Below are positions 1-31,107 of a DNA stretch of 64,000 nt, in pieces; the first letter of the stretch is position 1; each line of letters starts with the position of its first letter. The position numbers and the translations under genes are program-made. This DNA comes from Blastocystis sp. Blastoise (taxonomy: Eukaryota > Protista > Bigyra: Opalinata), in contig JBBPEB010000004.1 of NCBI GenBank assembly GCA_039096225.1, positions 806,001 through 870,000 on the forward strand, in the 5' to 3' direction. The notes beneath the pieces are model-generated. The model worked only from the letters and a program-made list of their open reading frames with translations, did not search any database and was not told where the DNA came from.

Positions 1-1031
1 GATTAGATCAAGAAATAAAAGAAATATGTTGAAAAATTCATATGAACAAAGAATTTCCCTTATTTCCACCATTCGTTTAAAAACCAATTAAATCGTCAAT
101 TCTTTGACAAATAAATAAATGTCATGATGAAATATGATATCAACCAATGATGTTTGACAATTAAAAGACATCTGGAAGCTTCTATGAAATCCCCGGCCTT
201 TTTTTCGCGGGGCTAATGTTCCACCTCAACTTTTTGTAATTTTACAATATACGTAGTTTCATCAAAAAATAGTCATACCAATCAACTGAACATAATAAAC
301 TAAACCATTTGAGTGAAAACAACGACAACATCATACATCATTCAAAGACAAACATCATTATAAAGCCAGTTTAAAATACTTTTAAAAGTATGTAAGGACA
401 TCCAGGAATGTTTTGAGATACATTTCAAACCTAAAGAAAAAGAAAAAATAAATTCGCAGGTCTATTAACTTTCATTGCATACTAGAATCTTGATTTTAGT
501 AATCTCTATAGATACTATAAGCCTATGAGAATATTATAAACGAATAAAGTGATTCATCTATACTTTTTCGTAATCGATTTGATCGCCAATGTGAATTAAA
601 TGACTGCCCTAATCCATGTCTTGTTACATAAAATTGATATAGATATGTTATAATGATAATCAACGATAATTATTTTTAAACACGAAAACATAACACGAAA
701 AGTCTCTTGTCAAAAGGAGGGAAATCGAAAATAAATATGAATGAATCGTAAAAGTAATTATTTATATTTAAAATGGTTATATATATTAAATTAAGATGTA
801 AATGAGTTGAATATTCTATCAAATATATTATTTTATCTTTAGAATGATGGAGATAGAAAAGAATATACTTTTTCAATGATAAAAAACAAAGATTTGATCA
901 ATCATGAATTGAATTGTATGTTATTCTTAATAATTCATAAATCAATACAAAACTATTTATGAAAAAAACAAATATATATTAATATATCCATATATAATAA
1001 ATCAATTAATTATATATAGATAGATATCGAT

Positions 1032-4000
1032 TTAATTGTCTAAATTATATTTCTTTTGAATATAATCAGGTAATTGACAACGTCTTGGAAGATCTTTACT
1101 AAAAATATATATAAATTTATATAAGTAATATAATTATTCTAAAAATTCTAAGATATATATATATATATACGTTCGTTTAGATATGTAGTTATATGTAACA
1201 GCTAGACTATTGTTGTTATCTTCTATTATTAAAGCACGTTTGTATTGTTTATATTTTTCAAAAGAAAGAGTATTAGTATGAATATCATTATTCTCTGAAG
1301 AAGAAGAAGAAGAAGAAGAAGAAATATTATTGACTAGTTGTTGATATTCTTTTGTTAGTGTTTCATCACTATCACAACCATTGTTCTTATTCCATTTCTT
1401 ATTTAATTCTATATCTTTATCTTCAATATATTCATAAGGATCTTCAATAATATCTGTATCATAAACAGTATTATCATATAAACAGTCCGATTCATTATTT
1501 CTGCTAACTGAGTTGTTTATAATTGATCGAATTTGATCATGTATTATTTCTAAAGGAGTATGACCTTTTAAACTCTCCATTCCCCAATCTTTATCATCAA
1601 TAAGAGACTTTAATATATCTACCAATAACAATTTTCTAGAATCTACATATTTGATTTCAATACGATAATCATTTGGAGTGTAAGGTATATTTATTTGTCG
1701 TAGTAGTTGAACAAGTTTATATTTATTATTATACACAGCAGATGATAAAATCTCTTCCAAATAGTTAGTAGAATTCTATTATATATATACATAATTTATA
1801 ATGTTAAAAGTATTATAAAAAAATATATATATATATACATTGGTAATAAGTTTTTCTAAGAAATAGCCACATAAATAATACGTATATATATTTTTCCCTC
1901 TATAGTAACTAGAATAATCATAAAGTTTATTAAAGCAGTCATAATATGTTTTATCTGACCAAGGATATATAAATAAATATTTATATATAGAACAAAAATT
2001 CGAAGAAATATCATCATCACAAATTATATTCTATATATATAATATCTTTTGTTTACTCCATAAATAATATATATATACATAAAGAATAGATTTGTATTCT
2101 GTTTTATTGTTATAGATTAGATCACTATCTACATTAATAGTGGATCTTCCTTCAAATAATAGATCTTTAGAATAGCCAATATTATTTGCCTGTTCAAAGA
2201 AGATATCTATAATCTCTTTGTTATTCAGACATAGTAGTTGTTTTAATAACGATCGTGTTTTAATAAAAGTATTGGAAAAAGAAAATGTTCCCTTATATAA
2301 TAATGATAAATCAATATCTATATATATATAAGTATAGTATTATATTTATTAGTATAAAATATAGGCTATACCTTCTAAATAATTTCTCATAGAGTTCGAT
2401 CCATTTTCTTTTAAATATAATATATCTTCTTTTATCTTTGGAGATAATATATAATCAAGACATTTCTTTGCATTATATATTAAACAATAATTTAATATTG
2501 GAATATTCTATAAATATATTATTATTATTATTATTATTAAAAATAATATACATTATAATAATATTGTTTAGTAAACTGAGAATTGTATTCTAATGTTTTC
2601 TTCTTATTATATTCATCGACTTTTCTATATTCTTCTTCATCACTATCAATATATTCATTATCACTGTCTTTTTTATTATTATCATTATTATCAATTGTTT
2701 TTGGCTTTTCTATATATATATAAAGAAATTTTTAAAAAATAATAATAATAATTAAAACAATAAATAATATTTAATAATTAAAAAAATAAATAATATTTAA
2801 TAATAAAAATATATGAATAATATTAAATAATTTTAAAAAATACCAATTTCCATTTCAAGTCCTCCATATGCATATCGCATTAAAAGTGATAAATAATCAG
2901 GTTTATCTAAAGAAATAATAAATCCAATGAACCAACAATACGAATCATCATATAACTTTAAAGAACGAGGCATCCTATTTATTATTATTATTATATTTAA
3001 TATTATATATATATATATATACTCATAACTATTTTTATTTCTTAATAATATATATAACCAATTATTAATAAGTTTATCTTTATCTTCTTCTTTAAGATTT
3101 CCAGTTTCAATCTTTTTTTCATTTATAAGATCTGATAATATTTGTATTTTCTTTAATATATGTTCAAATTGAGATATTGAATCACAAGTAAGCATATATT
3201 GTTCTAAGAAAGAATACTTATGTATATTCTCATATTCATAATTATAATCTTTATATAAAGATAAATATTCATTTAATAATTTATCTTCTGGATGACTTTC
3301 TAATTGATATAATAAATATGATTTAGTTTTATCTGTATTCTTTGTTTCACGAACAAATTTCTTTTTTATTTCAACATAACGTTTAAATGATTGTCTATAT
3401 ATATTATTATATTAAAAACTATTATTATTATATTAAAATAATTATTTATTATTATATTAAAATAATTATTATTATTATATTAAAATAATGATTATATATA
3501 CAATTTATCATTCTCTCTTAATGAATAATAAGCTTGTTCTTCAGATAATAATTGTTCATATACATTATAATCATTAGTAAGTAAATGTATTGGGTTCTCC
3601 TATATATATATATATATATATATATAATAAATAAAAGATATATACTTCACACATAGTAATACGTTGAATATTATTAGGATCATAATCAGTGACTACTTTT
3701 GTTTTTGTCATATTTGAAACAATATCTTCCAAACTATCCATTAACATCAATTGATAATTACTTATTTTATCAACAATCTGTTTCTCACATTTTACATATT
3801 TTGGTGTATATTGTATAGCAAGAATATCAAATAAAACATCAACTGTTTTCCATTGTTTACGTATAATAGCAATAGAAAGAGGAGATTGATCCATCGAATT
3901 CTTTGAATAAACAAGACATACTGGTTTTGATATATTCTTTGGAATACATAAATCCTATATAAAGATAATTATTATTATGAAATATTATTATTAAATATTA

Positions 4001-4507
4001 AATACATAAATAGTATCAATATCTCCATTCCAAATAGCTTTATAGAATTGTTTATACATATCATTTTTTTGATTTGAAACAGTATACATTCTATTTCCAC
4101 TACAAGTGCATTCTGCATAGTCATAAAGAGGATTTCTATCATCCCAAGGAGTATGATATATATCACTAGAAGAAGTAGATGTAGATGTAGATACAATAGA
4201 TTCTTCATTATTTACTTTTGATTTAACTCGATATTCTAATATAAATAAATAAATATTATTATAACTATTAATAAAAATAAAGAATAAATACCTTCAGGTA
4301 TAAAATCAATAGAATAATGATTTGCTAAATTAGCTGCTTCTAAGTATTTATAAAGTAATGATTCAGATCCTAATACATCATTTATTGTCATAAATTCTTC
4401 TAAAGAATGAGCAGGTTTATATCCATCTACAAGTAATATCGTTTCTTCTTTTTTCTCTTTTTCTTCTTTTATTGATTTATTATTATTAGAAACATTAACA
4501 GAATCTC

Positions 4508-4587
<80 letters not shown>

Positions 4588-5715
4588 GAAGAAGAAGAAG
4601 AAGAAGAAGATGATGCTGATGCTGATACTGAATTGATACCATTTAAAAAATCTGATTTATTTTTTTGATTAATTTCTTCTTTTATTTCTTTTGTTGTTTT
4701 CAAACCAAGTAAACGATAAAAATCAATTTTCTATACATAATTATCTTAATATTTATAATATTTGTATAATATACTTCATTAATTTCATTTTCTTCAGTTG
4801 TAAGTGAAGCAATCAATTCACTATTGTTAATATTTGGTTTATCAAAACCATTTTTATTCCATGTACATAATAATGAATTAGTACAATCCTTATAATAATA
4901 ATGATATACATAATACTCATATTCATCTTCTTTATATTGATTCATTTGATTCTTATACCATTCAATTTTCTTTAATTGTTTTTGACTATAATTCATTAAT
5001 ACCATACGATTTTTTTCTATATTATTTTTATCAACTTTAGGATTACGAGATTTTAATATTCTTTCTTTTATAGTATAACATCTATCTAATATCGTTTCCT
5101 CATCATAAGTTTCATTTTTATCATATCCAATAGATATAAATTTCTCAAACTATATATAATATTATAAACATTATTACATTAGAAAAATATTATATATACA
5201 AGTATTTTTGCATTTTGTGAATTACTTTCATAAAGTGTATGAAGAATAGGATAACGAATTCTCTTAACTGAATTATATTTACTTTTATTTTTCCCTTCAC
5301 GACTATAAATATAGTATATATATATATTTATAATATATATATATATATATATATACAGTTTATTTAAATTATATAAATCTTGTTGATTTAATACATTAGT
5401 AATATTATAATCAAAATAAATCAAACCAAGATTAAAATGTTTGTTATTTATAGCTAAATTCATAGGAGTATGTCCAAAAATATCAAAAGTATTAATAGCA
5501 GTTATTATTTCAGGTGTACAATAATGAGATAATAAATGTCTATATAATATATAATATAATATAGTATATATATACTTTGTATATTTAGGATAATTGCTAA
5601 CTGATAAATAATGAAAAACATTTTGATAATCTTCATTTAATTCTTTAAGTGTAAAATGAAATTTATTTATAATAATATCAGCTATATATATATAAATGAT
5701 ATTATAATTCAATAG

Positions 5716-5751
<36 letters not shown>

Positions 5752-7478
5752 CCTAATTCACAAGCTAATTCTACATTAATAATTTCAACATGACCAATTA
5801 GAGCCATTACTGAATATTCATTCTATACATAATAATAATAATAATAATAATTAGAAGAAAAAAAGAAGACAAATACTTTAAAATATATTAAATATAATAA
5901 AATACAGAAATAAAAGGATCTAATGTAATTTCTTCTTCTTGTAAAAGTCTTAATACACAATTTTTATGACCATATAAAAGAGAGAAATGAAGTGGAGTGA
6001 AACCTAATCCATCATTATATACTCTTTTATTATAAATATCAAAAGAAGAGCCATTCTTCTCACTCTGTATTTTAAATTCTTTTAATAAGAAATCTAATAA
6101 TTCACAATATCTATATATATATATATATATATATATTATATTAACATTATACTATAGTATATACCCAAATTCACAAGAAATATGTATAAGATTTTTATGT
6201 TCATATGTAATATCCATATTAGCTCCTTTAGAAATTAAATATTTTACAGTATCTAATTGATTTGATAATACAGCTACCTATAGAAATATATAAAAAATAA
6301 ATATATAATATAATTTAATAAATAAAAATAATATAATTTAATAAATAAAAATAATATACCAATAAGGGTGTTCTTCCTAAATGATCAAGAGTATCAACAT
6401 ATTCATGTTTATTTTCTATAATATCCTTTAAGCATGATATATCTCCTTTACTAGCAGCTACAATCATTTGAGGGAAATAAGAAGATAAATAAGCATCAGA
6501 AGTCCATTCTCCCGTGGTTATTGGATGAAAAGAACCAATAGATTGTCTTCCAGGATCATCAACAATAAAACTTAAAGGACCATGAACAAAACATTCTAAC
6601 TCTGTTTTATCAATAAGATGTCCCTCTTCATCTTTTTCAGGAACAGGAGGACATTCACCACATTGATCTTTTATTACTTCATCAAATGTACCTATATATA
6701 TATAATTAAAATATAATTAAAATATATTTAAAATATTATTTAAAAAAAATTAAATATCATTTAAATATAATTAAAATATAATTAAATATTATTTAAATAT
6801 AATTTAAATATAATTTTAAAAAAGAATAACAAAAATATACCAATAAAGCATGGATGTGTGTGATATTTTCTATCTTGATATAATTCACTCCATTCTGCAT
6901 TTAATACTATATCTTTCGTCATCATTAATTTTCCTATATATATATAATATACTATATTATATTATATTCTAAATATATATACTAATTTTTCTAGCATTCC
7001 ATTCTTTTCCCCAAGGTAAGAATACAGTAGTATAATCACTAACATGTTCATTATTATATAAGAGATTATCTTGAACATAAGGATCTTCAGAAGCAGATAA
7101 AATCTTTTGTATATCACTCATTCTACGTGAGTAATTATATGAACTATCTATATAGAGAATAAGAATAATATACTTAATCGAATATATTTAATATACCACA
7201 TTTTTTTTCAAGTCTTAATAATTTAGCTAATCCAGTATATCTTTCATCATTATGATATATATTTCGATCTATTAATTCACGTCTTAAATTTGGTACTTCA
7301 ATCTATAATATATATATATATATATTTAAAAAATATTAAAAAAATATATATAATAAGAAACTTTATAAAATACTTCAAATCCTCTTTTAGAATACTTATA
7401 AAGACGATATTCATAAGTAGGAGATCGACGAGATATATCAATAGCTATATATATAAGAATAAATATATAATAATAATG

Positions 7479-7515
<37 letters not shown>

Positions 7516-8661
7516 TATTTCTTCTACGAACAATAGCTTGATGACATCGTGGAGTCATATATACTTCTTTACCATCATATCCTAAAGCACAACTATCGAC
7601 ATCAAATCCCATTAAGATTTCCGCGGGAGAAGAATATCTATATAAAAATATATTTATAATAGAAATAAAAGATTTAAAGATTTATAATAAAAAATAATGC
7701 TATAAAAGATAAAAAATATAATTATTATAAAAAATAATGGCATAAAAGATATACAATCGAAGAATAATTTGAATATGACGATAAGGAAATTGAGAAACAA
7801 GAGTAATAGTATAAGCAGTACGAAAAGCAATAACAGGATAAGGAGTACTGTCACAAACACAATTATATATATCTCGAAGTTTATTACTATATATGGGAAT
7901 AAATATATTTAAATATAATAAATAAATATAAATAAATATAATTAAATAAATATAATTAAATAAATATAATTAAATAAATAAACTCTATACATAGCTTGTT
8001 TTTCATCAATTCCATAAAGATATAAATCGATATCTGAACTACTATATGAATTTTCATGAAAATAATAACGTAATGATTTGATATTCTTTTCAAATTTCTG
8101 AGGTACAGTTGATAAGCAAGCTAAAATGGAGCCACCAGCAATAAATATATTATTCATATCTAAGTTATCTAATAATCGTTCTGTAAAGATCTTCCAATTC
8201 CTTTCAAAAGTATTCTTTGTAGATATCATCATAGTATTATCTTCGAATTTCATGGAATTATCACATACAATATTTTCTTTTGTATTTTCTATCATTGTAC
8301 TTTTAAAAACATAACAATCTTCATGCTGAAATGTAGGAACAAGAAATAGATCACGTTGACCTAATAATTCATTATTTTCTAAAGCATACTTCTTAGCAAA
8401 TAATTGTCTATACATATTTTCTTCATCAATAACTTTCTTACGAAGAAATGTATACTCTTCATAACTTCTACATTCTTTAAATTGATTTAAATATTCATCA
8501 ATAGTTATAGATGGCTTAAATTTTAATAATGCAGGATCTACAGTAACATTAGTATAGTCAATTCCAAGTTCTTTCATTCTTGAAGTACTTCTTGACATAG
8601 TAGGAGCATCTCCATTCATTTCTTCAGTTGAATCTTTTGAGTTATTATCAATAACCTCCAT
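1032..8661 (-). CDS. Multi-exon protein: N-terminal class-II-like (CCA/polyA-polymerase fold) nucleotidyltransferase domain plus ankyrin repeats and a poly-S/poly-N insert
   Basis: ATG at 8661. Spliced GT-AG exons give IFIAGGSILACL..SSSDIDLYLYG, SQFPYRHIQIILRL|YSSPAEILMGFDVDSCALGYDG, RRSPTYEYRLYKYSKRGFE, KDIVLNAEW, DDPGRQSIGSFHP, then ankyrin motifs DHLGRTPLL, GFTPLHFS, FGHTPMNLA, DQSPLSIA. The last exon ends YNLDN-TAA at 1032. It joins ORF-track fragments from 1134 to 8661; the 3' half was spliced less rigorously. Confidence 0.8.
4508..4610 (-). repeat. Coding trinucleotide microsatellites encoding poly-Ser then poly-Asn
   Basis: (TTA)n and (GAA)n runs on + strand; ORF 4236-4703 reads SSSSSSSSNNNN... 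Confidence 0.9.
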
Positions 8662-9252
8662 TTTCTTTATTCTTCTTCAATAAAACTATTTATAAAGAGA
8701 TAAAAATATTCTTATAATCTTCCAAAAATCAATTACAAAGAATTGAAATATTTAAAAAATAATAGAAATAAATATTTTCTTATTAGAATCATATTGATAT
8801 AATACAAAATAGAGAAAGGAATACTAACTCAAGTTATCAAGTTTCACAAAACTCGTTTGTTATAAAAAGATTTCGATGAAAAAACATGGTTATTTTAGAT
8901 AGAGAGACGAATAGTATTTGATGAACGAGTTATTGAACGAATAAATACCAATAGAAAAATAGAAATGGGAAATAACAGAGATTAATTCGATAAAGAAGAT
9001 AGATGAAGAGATTTGTAAGGAAACAAGTTTTATAAAAGACAAGTGGTCGAATGAAGAAAGGAATTGAGTAAGAAGAAAATAATCAAGTTTTAAAATGAGC
9101 GGGAAAACCAATTAGTTGTTTTTCAACTGATTAAAGGATAAAATAAGTCATTAAGTTATTTAATTTTATTTGATGGATTCAAAAGAAATGAATTGAATCA
9201 AAGATTGAGTGACAGAATATTATTATTTCATTTTAAAAATGATAAAAAGTAA

Positions 9253-9325
9253 AGCCTCAAGGGAGGATCGAACTCTCGACCTTTCGCTTACTAAGCGAGT
9301 GCTCTACCAACTGAGCTATTGAGGC
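9253..9325 (-). tRNA. trnT: tRNA-Thr(AGT), intronless
   Basis: Reverse complement GCCTCAA TA GCTCAGTTGGTAGAGC A CTCGC TT-AGT-AA GCGAA AGGTC GAGAG TTCGATC CTCCC TTGAGGC T: perfect 7-bp acceptor stem, D arm, TTCGA loop. A T-run (Pol III terminator-like) follows the 3' end. Confidence 0.96.
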
Positions 9326-10176
9326 AATTCTATTCATTTCTCTCTTCTTCACTCCTTCTATATTCTACTTTTATCTCAATTCATCATCTTTCTATTTCTC
9401 ATCAGTTACTATTCTTTATAATATCTAAATTGTTGTTATTATTATTCAACTGTTTATTTTATATCAAGAAAATAATTATTCATTATTGTTCTTTCAAGTA
9501 TTTCGCAAAAAGAAAATTAAAACTCTTAATAATCTCATCTATATTGTCAATATATTATTTTCATGTTATTTTAGAATACTTAGAATGATATATTTCACAA
9601 ATTATTCTAATGATCATCATAATTTTCTACAAGAATTTTATTTATTAATTAAAAGATATCTTCAATGAATAGAAGTCGAAGTATACAATATAAAAATCAT
9701 TTTTTAAACAATAAATAAAACAAAGTATAAGTTGAATATGAAAAATCAAATTATTGAAATAGATTTCTTTAAAAAATTTTATTTTTTATGAAGAATTTCT
9801 TATAAATTTTTATTTATCGTTTATTATTAACAAATCTAATCTATTTTCAAAATCACAACACTATTTTATATACGTTCAGATAGAAATTAGCAAATAAAAA
9901 AGAGAGAGAGAATGAGAAATTATACACATAACTAATAAGATTGAATTAATATTGTACCATCTTAATAAGAAAGTATTAATATATATAATAAATATACTTT
10001 AAGATAGACAAGAAGAAAGTATGACAAAAAATAGAAGATTATATAAAAGAAGAATACTAAAAAACAAGTACTATTTATATAATAACTGGAGAAAACTCAT
10101 ATAAAATTAAATATACATATTTTACAATTAAAAAAAATAGATAAAAAAGAATTACATGTACAAAAAAAAATTTCTT

Positions 10177-12063
<1,887 letters not shown>

Positions 12064-12865
12064 ATTCTTCGAATTATCTATATTAATCTTCTCCAATTTT
12101 TGCACTATTCAATCTTAGATCATATATTAACTATTCACATACTTTTCAACTCTTTTGAATCAATTATTTAAAAAAAATTAAAATCATAAGATAATCAAAG
12201 AGAAAAAAGTAGAATCCCTTATATTTCAAAATCTTCCCAGAAATAAATATCTTTCATATCAATTATTTGAATAAAGTTAAAAATTAGTTATGGTCCTAGA
12301 TTATAAACAAATATTATTTATAGAATTATTGAGTATTGATAATATATATAAATAAAGAATAAAAAGAGAGACTGATTATCCTTTTAAATATAAATCAAGG
12401 TTTATTTCACTAAAATAAATAACATATAATCATATACCTCAATTAAGGATTCTTTTAGTATTCTAAAAGATCATCTTATCTTAATAATAAAAATAAATAA
12501 CATTTCAACTATGTTATTTTTCTTTTATGAATCTATAAAATTATTATACAGAAGATTTAAGAAAGAGAGGACAATAGTTGAGTGATAGATTTCATCTAAG
12601 AAAAAGAGATTTTTGTTTGTATATTAATATTTTATCGTATTTTAGTGAAGATTTATGTCTTTAGGTATTCTATATAATATATTTATCGATTTTATATATA
12701 AATGAAATGAAATAATAGAAAAGAATCTAGTAACTAGAAAGAAGAGAAATAAGAGAATAACTGTGGGAAAAAAGTGAATTAAAGAGAAGAAAAGAAATAA
12801 AACAAGAATTGTTTGTTGTTAATTGTTTTGTAAAGATGTAGTGAGTGATACATATTTATTTAGAA

Positions 12866-28996
<16,131 letters not shown>

Positions 28997-29269
28997 TTTT
29001 ATTTTAAATTTATTTATTTATTTTTTAAATTCATAATATTATATTTATTTTTATTATTTTTTTTTTAAATTTAATATATATATATATCTTTAATAAGAAT
29101 TCATAATAGTTCTTATATTCATTCTTATTTTTAAATATATTTATATTGTTTTAATTAATCTTTAAACTAAACAAAAACTTATTTCAATTTTTATTGTATT
29201 AATTGTATACAAGAAACAATAGATAAGAGAGTAAATGAATAAATAATTATTTGGACAAATAATAATCCT

Positions 29270-29784
29270 TTAATGTTTTAAAAGTCGCTTCTTTGGCTTT
29301 TTCTTAAGACCATCAAATACAGCCATATCAGCTTTCTAAATAAATATATGAATAAAAATAAAATATAATAAAGATAGTAATAACATATATATACAGAAGG
29401 TTCAGGAATAGGTTCAGTTTCAACAGGTGTTTCTTGACTAGGAGTAGATTCAGCAGGTTCAGACACAGATTCAGCAGGTTCAGACACAGATTCCTTATTC
29501 GAAACTTCTTTAGGAGTCTCTTCAGTAGCTGTAATGGAAGGAGAAGTTTCAGATGATTCTTCTATAGAAATAATATATTATATAAATAGTTTATTATTAA
29601 TAATATATATGTATATGTAAATAGGATACTTTGTTCATTAACATGACTAAACCATACACTCTTAGCGGGAACTTCTACTTTAGATTCACTAGAAATAAAT
29701 AAATTAAACAAATAAATATAATAAATAAACATATAAAATAAATAAACATATAAATAAATAAATTAAATAAATAAACATATAAAA

Positions 29785-29827
<43 letters not shown>

Positions 29828-30534
29828 ATATATAAATAAATAAACATAATAAATAAACATATAAAATAAATAAACATATAAATAAAAAAATAACGTTACT
29901 CAACAGCACCTAATGTAGGGAATGCATTAAAATCATGACTATCAACAATCTTTTGAGGTTGTGGTTTATTAGTCATTTCAGAACGAGAAGAACTCATAAA
30001 ACGAGGAGCCCAAGCTTTAGGTTTAGTTTCCACAGGGACTTCAACTTTAGGTTCAGGAGACTTTGGTGATTCTTCTGATTTCTTAGCACTTTTAGATAAT
30101 ACTGAATGAATGAGATTTCTAAGAAATAGCAAAGGTAGATGAAATAAAATTTGTTCTAAAAATAATTTTACTTACTTGGCTTTTTGTTCTTCAACAGAAG
30201 ATTTTGCACTATTGTGTAAATCACTATAAATAAAAAAAATTATGATTTAAAAAAGTTTCTACAACATTTAAAGAAAAAATTATATATATATATAAATATT
30301 TATCTACGTTAAATCACTAGGTAAGGCAGATAATAACTCAGGAGGAACATATTTTTCTTCTTTCTTGTTGGTTTCAATCCATTCACTTGATGTTGAATTT
30401 ATTTCATTAACATTCTCTTTAGGTAAAGTGGCAATTGTATTGCTTTCATCAACAGCATCAATGGTTAACTTTAAACCAAGAGGTTTTTTACCTTTTCCCT
30501 TCTTCTTGAATACGGAGGCAACACTTCCAGACAT
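29270..30534 (-). CDS. Small multi-exon low-complexity protein, weakly CDV3-like
   Basis: ATG at 30534 MSGSVASVFKKKGKGKK..SEWIE..; later DFNAFPTLG. Six GT-AG exons; the last reads KADMAVFDGLKKKPKKRLLKH-TAA (29270). The family call rests on short motifs only. Confidence 0.6.
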
Positions 30535-31107
30535 CTTTTATCTGATTATATAAATTGTAGACTATATAATTAATAAAATAATTTTTTTATGATGTATTTT
30601 CATTTGTTCCAAAAATCGAGGGAATTCTAATTTTATGAATGGCTTTTTGTTTTGGTGAAATTAATCTGCTTTATATACTTTATATTAAAAGGTATACGTA
30701 TTGAATATATTATAAATAATGCTAAAATGAACTATATCTTAAAAAACTACATTCATTAGTGATTCGGATGGACGAACTTTATTTTTTGATATTGTTTTAG
30801 TAAATTGTTATTTGGAATAATGAGTAGTGACCATGAGGAGTATTTCCCTTGATATATTATTTTACAAATAAAAGACACATGTGATTTAAAAAAGTATGAA
30901 CGGTATTTTGCGTTGGTTAGAATGATCTTATGCTAGAATCGGTTGTTGTTATTAGCATTATCAAGCTTAAACAATGCCAAACTAACAAATAATATAAAAC
31001 TTAAAACATTTGGAAACTTCTAGAAAATTGAACATGTAGCTGTTTAAAATAAATGACATATAAAACAGAGAGTAAAATCGTTCATTATAATAATTAAATA
31101 GTTTAGA

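Noticed and set aside
520-640. Minus-strand frame QFYVTRHGLGQSFN resembling a histidine-phosphatase RHG motif
   Set aside because: Short, with no convincing start or splice sites and no second motif; cannot support a gene
9253-9325. Two stem mismatches (C27-A43, A50-C64) suggesting a tRNA pseudogene or editing
   Set aside because: Acceptor stem, A/B boxes and length are intact; single stem mismatches are common in functional tRNAs
29562-29629. Intron starting GTATCCTA, resembling a U12 GT-AG donor
   Set aside because: Mismatch to GTATCCTT and no CCTTAA-type branch point; treated as U2
31013-31025. Three-unit HSE-like GAAacTTCtaGAA (and an imperfect one at 58022-58045)
   Set aside because: About one three-unit match is expected by chance in 64 kb of this composition
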